This document shows positions 1-10,100 of a DNA stretch of 11,862 nt, piece after piece; positions within the stretch are counted from its first letter, which is position 1; every line of letters begins with the position of its first letter. The stretch is from Octopus sinensis (taxonomy: Eukaryota), in assembly GCF_006345805.1 (NCBI RefSeq), contig NW_021826905.1, positions 1 to 11,862 of the forward strand, given 5' to 3'. Position numbers and translations under genes: made by a program. The notes beneath the pieces were generated by a model, which was not told the origin of the DNA, did not search any database, and was given only the letters and a program-made list of their open reading frames with translations.

Positions 1-3
1 TGT

Positions 4-59
4 TATGATGATGATGATGATGATGATGATATGATGATGATGATAATAATAATAATAAT
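4..59. repeat. Compound microsatellite (GAT)n then (AAT)n
   Basis: Directly visible; one 1-nt phase slip near 30. Confidence 0.95.
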
Positions 60-125
60 TTTCGCTACGCATGCAGGACCCCAGGAGCTCCAGAAAAACC
101 TGTGATACAAAGAAATAATAATAAC

Positions 126-673
126 AAACTATGCCAACACTATAGAATGATTACAGAAAAATGGTGGTATAGGATCACCACAGAAAAGGTCTCAGAAAAA
201 GGGGAAAGCAACCCTAACCCTGGGTTATGCCAATATACACAGATAGAGAAATCAAGGCTTATAGACCGGATATTGTTGTCAGGGATCACCCTCCCCGCCA
301 AAAAATGCCTTGGTATTTGATATATCAATACCAACAGATGACAATGTACCTCTAAACGAAACAGAATACAAAGATCTGGAAATAAAGGTGACCCGAATGT
401 GGGGCTTAAAAAGAGAAGCAATTCCTATAATAAATAGTAGGTGCATTAGGTATGATGAAACAAAAACTCAGACAAATATATAACCAAAACACCAGGACTT
501 ACAAATGTATATAACACAGAAAATAGCACTACTAGGCCCCGCGTACATCCTGCGTAAAACACTTTCAATACAATGAAAGCAAGAGCACAAAAACAAACTC
601 CAACACATACCCAATGCACACAGAGCTGCGCCCGGGAGTGCAGTGACAGCATGTGATCAAAATAAGACTACTG
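126..673 (+). mobile_element. Degenerate 5'-truncated R4/Dong-like RLE non-LTR retrotransposon 3' end (lineage A, older copy)
   Basis: Aligns by eye along its length with 3497-4045 (KLCQHY..TEK.WYR; aaatacaaagatctggaaata; gtaggtgcattagg; accaggacttacaaa; 3' end actactg+AAT). Many frameshifts and stops; AAT repeats on both sides. Confidence 0.88.
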
Positions 674-678
674 AATAA

Positions 679-734
<56 letters not shown>

Positions 735-749
735 GTAATAATAATAAGA

Positions 750-845
<96 letters not shown>

Positions 846-858
846 TAATAATAATAAT
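674..858. repeat. (AAT)n microsatellite
   Basis: Directly visible, few interruptions; source of the poly-Ile ORFs. Confidence 0.97.
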
Positions 859-1296
859 ATCTGTCAAGACCTACCAAAAACTGAGCAAATATAAGATCTT
901 GAAATAGAAATCACAAAATGTGGAAGCTGAAGACTAAACAATACCTGTTGTCATAGGTGCCCTGGGAATGATAGCAAAAGGGACTGATTGCTACCTAACT
1001 CAATACCAGGAAACCCCAAAATGGCAGAAATTCAAAAGATAGTGATCATGGGAACTGCTCATATCCTACGCAAAATACTCTCTATGTAATCCCAAGGTTT
1101 AAAACAAACATTTTTCTTTCTTTTTTTTCTTTATTTTTTTTTTTATTTTATTTTTATGTATTAGACATTCACTAGTACAACACCAAAAAAAAAACCCCAA
1201 ATATATGACACAGAACTTCCAACCTGTTGTCTCTTGAGGTCTCTGGGTGAGACTTGGAGCCAACTTGTACAAATATAAAGCAAAAGTCAAACATAG
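859..1296 (+). mobile_element. 5'-truncated R4/Dong-like RLE retrotransposon 3' end (lineage B)
   Basis: Frameshift-corrected translation SVKTYQKLSKYKDLEIEI..MWKLKT..IPVVIGALGMIAKG...IPGNPKMAEIQKIVIMGTAHILRKILSM*, stop 1087-1089, then ~205 nt 3' UTR ending in (AAT)n. Confidence 0.88.
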
Positions 1297-1320
1297 AATA
1301 ATAATAATAATAATAATAAT

Positions 1321-1950
1321 TTACATTGGACAATATGTCGGTATTATAAAATCAAAACTGCTGACAACTGGTATAAACACCAATCTGAAGCTGTGACTGA
1401 GGGAGAAAATGTGTCGATTCTATGGGACTTCTCCGTACAGACCGACAAGACTATAAAAGCTAATAAACCGTATATTATTATAAAAGATCAGACAAAAAAA
1501 GATGTGTTTATTAAATGACATGAGTATCCCTTGCGATCACAATATAGCGGCAAAAGAATTTGACAAGATTAGTAAATATAAAGACCTGCTAATAGAAATT
1601 GAAAAAAATGTGGCATCTCAAGGCGACTACAGTACCAGTGATTGTAGGATCTCTAGGAATGATAAAAAAGGTACTGAAACCTATTTGAAAATGATTCCAG
1701 GCTTACCATCCCTACAGGAAATGCAAAAAATCAAATCAACTAGAACGGCTCATGTACTGAGAAGAGTATTATCGCTGTGAAAACAACATCCATCCATGAA
1801 TTTATTTATTTATTAATTTTTAAATACATATTTTATCTGTGAATTTGTGTGTGTAATCTGGGGGTGTATACAATGAGCTTCTCTGCCCCAGGTGTACGGA
1901 AAACACTCGGCGAGAAACGGAAGAAAATTTGAAGAAAGAAGGAAAAAAAC
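1321..1950 (+). mobile_element. 5'-truncated R4/Dong-like RLE retrotransposon 3' end (lineage C1)
   Basis: LHWTICRYYKIKTADNWYKHQSEAVTEGENVSILWDFSVQTDKTIKANKPYIIIKD.../MSIPCDHNIAAKEFDKISKYKDLLIEIEK/MWHLK...TAHVLRRVLSL*, stop 1778-1780. Frameshifts fall in A-runs; catalytic PD mutated to PY. Flanked by (AAT)n 1297-1320 and 1951-2073. Confidence 0.9.
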
Positions 1951-2073
<123 letters not shown>

Positions 2074-2074
2074 A

Positions 2075-2633
2075 ATGCCCTGATGCAGTACCAGGCAGTG
2101 GCTCTCATGGCTTCTGATCTTAACTGATTGGAAGTGTTATCATGTACATTGTTTTGTCTTGGTATAAAAGATGGGCTACAGCAAATATTCTGCTCAATAC
2201 CACAGATTTGCTTGTCAGTTGTTTGACCTTAACCAGTTGAGCATGTCCCTTAGTGGTTGACGATATGTGCATCTCTGATCACGAGCAGAAGTAGTGGGGG
2301 AGCATCATAGCCATGTGTTGAGAGGGATTCTTTGGGGTTTGAATAATTCACCTCTGGAAACATGGGTGGTTCTTTCAACATCCTTAAACAACCCTTATTC
2401 AGTCAGGGACCTTTGCGTGGAGTGGGCTACTCGACATGTAAAAAATTCTAACTGGGCCCCACCTACAAAGTCATGCACTGTTTACTTTGATGTGAGATCA
2501 CTATGTCGAGCACATGTGGTTGTGATGCACGTGTCTGGTGTACCCTTATGAGACGGGTAGTCATGATGGGTATATTGGGCTTCGTATATTTTACCCCAGT
2601 GTCACTTTGATGGCATGCACTGCTCTCTCACTC
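2075..2633 (+). mobile_element. Non-coding ~560 bp insert within the AAT array (non-autonomous element or long 3' UTR of another AAT-targeting retroelement)
   Basis: Complex sequence sharply bounded by (AAT)n on both sides; no RLE/RT-like peptide found; possible 3' hairpin cagtg...cactg near 2597-2622. Strand is inferred from neighbours. Confidence 0.55.
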
Positions 2634-2687
2634 AATAATAATAATAATAATAATAATAATAAGAAGAAGAAGAAGAAGAAGAAGAAG
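2634..2687. repeat. (AAT)9 then (AAG)9 compound microsatellite
   Basis: Directly visible. Confidence 0.95.
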
Positions 2688-2688
2688 A

Positions 2689-3404
2689 ACCACCTAATCT
2701 CTGGATGTAAAGTCTTAGCACCAGTGGAGTATAAATTAAGACATGACAGAGTTGGCCAATATCTACACTGGCTAATAAGTCGGCATTACAATATCAAAAC
2801 TGCCGACAAGTGGTATAATCACCACCCTGAGGCTGTAACTGAAGGAGAAAATGTAACCATTCTGTGGGACTTTCCAGTACATACAGACCGAACCATTAAG
2901 GCCAATAAACCAGATATTGTTGTGAAAGACAAAACAATAAAGTTTGCTTATTGATCGACATGAGCATCCCCTGTGATCATAATATCTCAGCGAAAGAGTT
3001 TGACAAGCTCAGAAAATATAAAGACCTACTCATTGAAATTGAGAAAATGTGGCATCTCAAGGCGGTTACAATACCAGTGATCGTAGGAGCACTAGGAATG
3101 ATCAAGAAGGGAACCGAAAATTATATGAGAATGATCCCTGGCTTACCATCCCTGCAAGAAGTGCAAAAGATTGTCTTAACTGGTACATCACACGTATTGA
3201 GAAGAGCATTGTCGATGTGAGAACCGTTACTGCTCATGTATTTTAATTTAACTTAAAAAATAAAAAATAATTTTTTTTTTTTAAATGAACGAACTATTGA
3301 GTTTGGTTTAATGGCCTACTAATGTATACTATGAGTTTCCTTGGCCTAGGAGTCGGGAAGACAGTCGGCAAGAAATGGAAGCAAATTTGAAAGAAGAAAA
3401 AAAA

Positions 3405-3405
<1 letters not shown>
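2689..3405 (+). mobile_element. 5'-truncated R4/Dong-like RLE retrotransposon 3' end (lineage C2), longest fragment
   Basis: HLISGC (H-x4-C end of the CCHC knuckle), RHD motif, ILWDFPVHTDRTIKANKPDIVV, IDMSIP, KLRKYKDL, PVIVGALG, LQEVQKIVLTGTSHVLRRALSM*, stop 3218-3220. One frameshift near 2935-2950. This is the C-terminal RLE domain of R2/R4-group elements. Confidence 0.93.

Positions 3406-3465
<60 letters not shown>
3406..3465. repeat. (AAT)n microsatellite
   Basis: Directly visible, pure. Confidence 0.97.
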
Positions 3466-3467
<2 letters not shown>

Positions 3468-4042
3468 TGACAGAGTTGGAACCTACATACATTGGAAGCT
3501 ATGCCAACATTATGGAATAACAACAGAAAAAAGATGGTATAGGCACACACCAGAAAAGGTCACAGAAAACGAGAAAGCAACCATACTCTGGGATATGCCG
3601 ATACACACAGATAGAGAAATTAAGGCCAACAGACCAGATATAGTTGTCAGAGATCATGAAGAAAAAAAATGCTTTCTAATTGATGTATCAATACCGGCAG
3701 ATGACAACGTGTCTCTAAAAGAAATGGAGAAACTCTCAAAATACAAAGACCTGGAAATAGAGGTAACCAGAATGTGGGACCTAAAAACAGAAACAATTCC
3801 TATCATAGTAGGTGCATTAGGCATGATAAAAAAATATTCAGACAAATACATAACAAAAACACCAGGACTTACAAACACATATAACATACAGAAAATTGCA
3901 CTACTAGGCACTGCACCATCCTACGCAGAACACTTTCCATACAATAACCATCAGAGCATCACAACAAATCACAGCACATACCCAAGGCACACAGAGCTGC
4001 GCTCGGTAGTGAAATGAAAGCACGCTATAAAAAATAAAACTA

Positions 4043-4045
<3 letters not shown>
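3466..4045 (+). mobile_element. 5'-truncated R4/Dong-like RLE retrotransposon 3' end (lineage A, younger copy)
   Basis: Open frame from 3466: HDRVGTYIHWKLCQHYGITTEKRWYRHTPEKVTENEKATILWDMPIHTDREIKANRPDIVVRD..CFLIDVSIP..KLSKYKDLEIEV..IPIIVGALG..IQKIALLGTA; 1-nt deletion near 3916, then ILRRTLSIQ*, stop 3945-3947; ~100 nt 3' UTR then (AAT)n. Confidence 0.93.
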
Positions 4046-4240
<195 letters not shown>

Positions 4241-4410
4241 CCTTTCTACTATAGACCCAAGGCTTGAAATTTGAGGTTGAGGGGGTCCAATCGATTACAT
4301 CGACCCCAGTGCATAATTGGTACTTATTTCATCGACCGTGAAAGGATGAAGGACAAAGTCGAGCTCAGTGGAATTTGAACTCAGAATGTAAGGAGGGACG
4401 AGATGCTGAA
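4241..4410 (-). mobile_element. 5'-truncated tRNA-derived SINE with (ATT)n tail
   Basis: Minus strand has a Pol III B box GTTCAAATTCC (4370-4380), then cttcatcctttcacggtcgatgaaataagtacca (resembles a conserved SINE central domain, from memory), ending ...atagtagaaagg(att)n. No A box seen. Confidence 0.7.
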
Positions 4411-4428
4411 TACCACCACTACTGCTAC

Positions 4429-4466
<38 letters not shown>

Positions 4467-5112
4467 GTGATGATAATGATGATAATGATGATGATGATGA
4501 TGGTGATGATAATGATGATAATGATGATGACGATGATGGTGATGGTGATGATGATGATGATGGTGATGATAATGATGATGATGATGATGATGATGATGAT
4601 GGTGATGATGGTGATGGTGATGATGATGATGGTGATGATGATGATGATGATGATGATGACGATGATGGTGATGATGATGATGATGGTGATGATAATGATG
4701 ATGATGATGGTGATGATGGTGATGATGGTGATGGTGATGATGATGATGATGATGATGGTGATGATGGTGATGATGACGATGATGATGATGATGATGGTGA
4801 TGATGGTGATGATGATGGTGATGATGATGATGATGATGATGGTGATGATGGTGATGATGGTGATGATGGTGATGATGATGATGATGATGGTGATGATGGT
4901 GATGATGGTGATGATGATGATGATGGTGATAGTGGTGATGATGATGATGATAATAATAATAATAACAATAATAATAATAATAATAATAATAAGAAGAAGA
5001 AGAAGAAGACGAAGAAGAAGAAGAAGAAGAAGAAGAAGAAGAAGAAGAAGAAGAAGAAGAAGAAGAAGAAGAAGAAGAAGAAGAAGAAGAAGAAGAAGAA
5101 GAAGGAGAAGAA
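4429..5112. repeat. Compound microsatellite: (GAT)n with GGT/AAT/GAC interruptions (4429-4950), (AAT)n (4951-4990), (AAG)n (4991-5112)
   Basis: Directly visible; explains the poly-D/M/H/S/I/K/R ORFs. Confidence 0.97.
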
Positions 5113-5790
5113 GAGGGAAAAACTCGGATTTTGTGAATTTTCCCAAGTCCTTTCCCCATCCCCTTGGAAAAGATTTTCCTCACAAATTTCTTTATAATCC
5201 GAAACTATGCCGCTTGAAAGGTATTTCTATAAAATTTCATTCAAAAAACCCATTTTCCTAAAACTTGTGAGGAAAAAACTCGGATTTTGTGAATTTTCCG
5301 AAGTTCTCTCCCCACCGAGTTGGAAAAGATTTTCCACACAAATTTCTTTATAATCCGAAAGCATACCGTTTGAAAGGTATTTCTATAAAATTTCATTGAA
5401 AAAAACCCATTTTCCTAAAACTTGTGAGGGAAAAACTTGGATTTTGTGAATTTTCCGAAGTTCTCTCCCCACCGAGTTGGAAAAGATTTTCCTCACAAAT
5501 TTCTTTATAATCCGAAAGTATGCCGTTTGAAAGGTATTTCTATAAAATTTCATTGAAAAAAACCCATTTTCCTAAAACTTGTGAGGGAAAAACTTGGATT
5601 TTGTGAATTTTCCGAAGTTCTCTCCCCACCGAGTTGGAAAAGATTTTCCTCACAAATTTCTTTATAATCCGAAAGTATGCCGTTTGAAAGGTATTTCTAT
5701 AAAATTTCATTGAAGAAACCCCATTTTCCTAAAAGTTACGAGGGAAAAACTCGGATCTTATAAATTTTCCAAAGTCCTCTCCCCACCCTC
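5113..5790. repeat. 157-bp tandem repeat, ~4.3 copies
   Basis: Unit marker gag(g/a)gaaaaact(c/t)ggat starts at 5113, 5269, 5426, 5583, 5740; inner copies nearly identical, outer copies more diverged. Confidence 0.93.
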
Positions 5791-5987
5791 CCGTTTCTTT
5801 GCTGCTTGCGATAGTAATCGAGGAGGAACAACTTCCGGGTCATCTCTACTAAATGTCATCACTCTGTTCTATGTCCAGCAGCCACCTTTATCCTTTCTAG
5901 TCAGCACCGTGCATTCCTTACTCTTTCCCTCCCTACTACACTATCAACTAGCAACCAGCCAGCGAACTTGTTACTGCACTGCAGTTA

Positions 5988-6538
5988 CCGTATTTTCAGG
6001 TATATAAGCCGCTATTTTTCTTTTACCGTCATGTTTTAATAATGCTATTTTTAATCTAATAAAGACTTTTATATTGACGAAATATGTTTGTTGTTGATTA
6101 TCTCTCTCTATATAAACGGCAGTTTGTCCGTGCGTTTTCTGTGTGTCTGTTTTCTCGTACCCTCACCCTGACCACATCTTTCAACCGATTCTAATGAAAC
6201 TTGACACACGCATAGCCCAATGTCATAATTCAAAACTAACGCAGCGAAAATTTTGAAAAGTTCCCCCAGTTCTGAAAAAAATCGATAAATTCGACATGGG
6301 GTCGAGAATCAGAAACACGAACCACAAACTGTCTAGGGGGCGCAACTCCACCTTTTTTAAATCTCAAAAAAAAATTTACCATCATTTTTTTTCCATTTTT
6401 TTGCTATTTTTTGGCTATAACTCTCTAAAAATGCTTTATAGTTATTTCCCTTACAAACCCGAGCAACGCCGGGCGATACTGCTAGTAGTAAGATAAAATC
6501 ATGACAATGACAATACATCTCATAGTTAGAAAATAAGG
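5988..6538. mobile_element. Possible degenerate Tc2/pogo-like MITE interrupted by the Helitron
   Basis: TA + CCGTATTTTCAGGTATATAAGCCGC (5986-6012) resembles CCGTA-type TIRs; weak inverted partner acatctcatagttagaaaataagg (6515-6538) followed by CA. Confidence 0.3.
6101..6485 (+). mobile_element. Non-autonomous Helitron (385 bp)
   Basis: 5' TC (tctctctctatataaa), 3' CTAG (6482-6485), GC-rich hairpin cccgagcaacgccggg (6458-6473) 8 nt upstream of CTAG, inserted between A6100 and T6486 without TSD. The second copy at 11160-11546 has the same boundaries. Confidence 0.88.
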
Positions 6539-6600
6539 CATTTTGAAACTACATACACGTCAAGGACCTGTTCAGTTTGGCCCAAACACTGAATAGATCC

Positions 6601-6690
6601 AATTTCATTGCAAGATATCCATTTTCCTAAAGGTCATGAGGGGAAAAATTCGGATCGTGTGAATTTTCCGAAAGTCCTATTCCCTCCCCC
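6601..6690. repeat. Diverged partial copy of the 157-bp unit
   Basis: aatttcattg..ccattttcctaaaggtcatgaggggaaaaattcggatcgtgtgaattttccgaaagtcct matches 5703-5780. Confidence 0.75.
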
Positions 6691-6730
6691 GATTCGTTAC
6701 TGCATATATTTTTATTTTCATATTTCATTA

Positions 6731-7153
6731 CTCTTTTACTCTTTTACTTGTTTCAGTCATTTGACTGCGGCCATGCTGGAGCACCGCCTTTTAGTCGAGC
6801 AAATCGACCCCCGGGGACTTATTCTTTTTTGTAAGACCAGTACTTATTCTATCGGTCTCTTTTTGCCGAACCGCTAGGTGACGGGGACGCAAACACACCA
6901 GCATCGGTTGTCAAGCAATGCTAGAGGGACAAACACAGACACACAAACATATACACACACATACACATATATATATATATACATATATACGACAGGCTTC
7001 TTTCAGTTTCCGTCTACCAAATCCAGTCACAAGGCATTGGTCGGCCCGAGGCTATGGCAGAAGACACTTGCCCAAGATACCACGCAGTGGGACTGAACCC
7101 GGAACCATGTGGTTGGTAAACAAGCTACTTACCACACAGCCACTCCTATGCCT
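6731..7153 (-). mobile_element. Full-length tRNA-derived SINE (octopus-type, CORE-like motif); anchor of the array
   Basis: Minus strand: aggcataggag, A box TGGCTGTGTGG, B-box-like GGTTCAGTCCC, CORE-like cttgggcaagtgtctt, internal (TA)/(TG) tract, 3' domain ending in short repeats aagtaaaagagtaaaagag. Confidence 0.85.
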
Positions 7154-10100
7154 ATTTATATACATATATACGACAGGCTTCTTTCAGTTTCCGTCTACCA
7201 AATCCACTCACAAGGCATTGGTCGGCCCGGGGCTATAGCAGAAGACACTTGCCCAAGATGCCACGCAGTGGGACTGAACCCAGAACCATGTGGTTGGTAA
7301 ACAAGCTACTTACCACACAGCCACTCCTATGCCTATTTATATACATATATACGACAGGCTTCTTTTCAGTTTCCGTCTACCAAATCCACTCACAAGGCAT
7401 TGGTCGGCCCGAGGCTATAGCAGAAGACACTTGCCCAAGATGCCACGCAGTGGGACTGAACCCGGAACCATGTGGTTGGTTAGCAAGCTACTTACCACAC
7501 AGCCACTCCTATGCCTATTTATATACATATATACGACAGGCTTCTTTCAGTTTCCGTCTACCAAATCCACTCACAAGGCATTGGTCGGCCCGAGGCTATA
7601 GCAGAAGACACTTGCCCAAGATGCCACGCAGTGGGACTGAACCCAGAACCATGTGGTTGGTTAGCAAGCTACTTACCACACAGCCACTCCTATGCCTATT
7701 TATATACATATATACGACAGGCTTCTTTCAGTTTCCGTCTACCAAATCCACTCACAAGGCATTGGTCGGCCCGGGGCTATAGCAGAAGACACTTGCCCAA
7801 GATGCCACGCAGTGGGACTGAACCCAGAACCATGTGGTTGGTTAGCAAGCTACTTACCACACAGCCACTCCTATGCCTATTTATATACATATATACGACA
7901 GGCTTCTTTTCAGTTTCCGTCTACCAAATCCACTCACAAGGCATTGGTCGGCCCGAGGCTATAGCAGAAGACACTTGCCCAAGATGCCACGCAGTGGGAC
8001 TGAACCCGGAACCATGTGGTTGGTTAGCAAGCTACTTACCACACAGCCACTCCTATGCCTATTTATATACATATATACGACAGGCTTCTTTTCAGTTTCC
8101 GTCTACCAAATCCACTCACAAGGCTTTGGTCGGCCCGAGGCTATAGCAGAAACACTTGCCCAGATGCCACGCAGTGGGACTGAACCCGGAACCATGTGGT
8201 TGGTTAGCAAGCTACTTACCACACAGCCACTCCTATGCCTATTTATATACATATATACGACAGGCTTCTTTCAGTTTCCGTCTACCAAATCCACTCACAA
8301 GGCATTGGTCGGCCCGGGGCTATAGCAGAAGACACTTGCCCAAGATGCCACGCAGTGGGACTGAACCCAGAACCATGTGGTTGGTTAGCAAGCTACTTAC
8401 CACACAGCCACTCCTATGCCTATTTATATACATATATACGACAGGCTTCTTTTCAGTTTCCGTCTACCAAATCCACTCACAAGGCATTGGTCGTGCCCCG
8501 AGGCTATAGCAGAAGACACTTGCCCAAGATGCCACGCAGTGGGACTGAACCCAGAACCATGTGGTTGGTTAGCAAGCTACTTACCACACAGCCACTCCTA
8601 TGCCTATTTATATACATATATACGACAGGCTTCTTTTCAGTTTCCGTCTACCAAATCCACTCACAAGGCATTGGTCGGCCCGGGGCTATAGCAGAAGACA
8701 CTTGCCCAAGATGCCACGCAGTGGGACTGAACCCGGAACCATGTGGTTGGTAAACAAGCTACTTACCACACAGCCACTCCTATGCCTATTTATATACATA
8801 TATACGACAGGCTTCTTTCAGTTTCCGTCTACCAAATCCACTCACAAGGCATTGGTCGGCCCGGGGCTATAGCAGAAGACACTTGCCCAAGATGCCACGC
8901 AGTGGGACTGAACCCGGAACCATGTGGTTGGTTAGCAAGCTACTTACCACCACACAGCCACTCCTATGCCTATTTATATACATATATACGACAGGCTTCT
9001 TCTTCAGTTTCCGTCTACCAAATCCACTCCACAAGGCATTGGTCGGCCCGGGGCTATAGCAGAAGACACTTGCCCAAGATGCCACGCAGTGGGACTGAAC
9101 CCGGAACCATGTGGTTGGTAAACAAGCTACTTACCACACAGCCACTCCTATGCCTATTTATATACATATATACGACAGGCTTCTTTTCAGTTCCGTCTAC
9201 CAAATCCACTCACAAGGCATTGGTCGGCCGGGGCTATAGCAGAAGACACTTGCCCAAGATGCCACGCAGTGGGACTGAACCCGGAACCATGTGGTTGGTT
9301 AGCAAGCTACTTACCACACAGCCACTCCTATGCCTATTTATATACATATATACGACAGGCTTCTTTCAGTTTCCGTCTACCAAATCCACTCACAAGGCAT
9401 TGGTCGGCCCGGGGCTATAGCAGAAGACACTTGCCCAAGATGCCACGCAGTGGGACTGAACCCGGAACCATGTGGTTGGTAAACAAGCTACTTACCACAC
9501 AGCCACTCCTATGCCTATTTATATACATATATACGACAGGCTTCTTTCAGTTTCCGTCTACCAAATCCACTCACAAGGCATTGGTCGGCCCGTGGCTATA
9601 GCAGAAGACACTTGCCCAGATGCACGCAGTGGGACTGAACCCGGAACCATGTGGTTGGTAAACAAGCTACTTACCACACAGCCACTCCTATGCCTATTTA
9701 TATACATATATACGACAGGCTTCTTTCAGTTTCCGTCTACCAAATCCACTCACAAGGCATTGGTCGGCCCGTGGCTATAGCAGAAGACACTTGCCCAAGA
9801 TGCCACGCAGTGGGACTGAACCCGGAACCATGTGGTTGGTAAACAAGCTACTTACCACACAGCCACTCCTATGCCTATTTATATACATATATACGACAGG
9901 CTTCTTTCAGTTTCCGTCTACCAAATCCACTCACAAGGCATTGGTCGGCCCGTGGCTATAGCAGAAGACACTTGCCCAAGATGCCACGCAGTGGACTGAA
10001 CCCGGAACCATGTGGTTGGTAAACAAGCTACTTACCACACAGCCACTCCTATGCCTATTTATATACATATATACGACAGGCTTCTTTCAGTTTCCGTCTA

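Noticed and set aside
2075-2633. Hammerhead ribozyme in the non-coding insert
   Set aside because: Only partial ctgat motifs; no CUGANGA...GAAA core with flanking stems found by eye. An Infernal/Rfam scan would settle it.
4295-5261. Poly-Asp/Met/His/Ser/Ile ORFs (e.g. acidic biomineral-like protein)
   Set aside because: Open in five frames only because the trinucleotide repeats lack stops; no supporting gene structure.
6296-6496. Conserved small ORF also seen at 11026-11349
   Set aside because: Similarity reflects the two Helitron copies; the ATG is not kept in the second copy and there is no Rep/helicase similarity.
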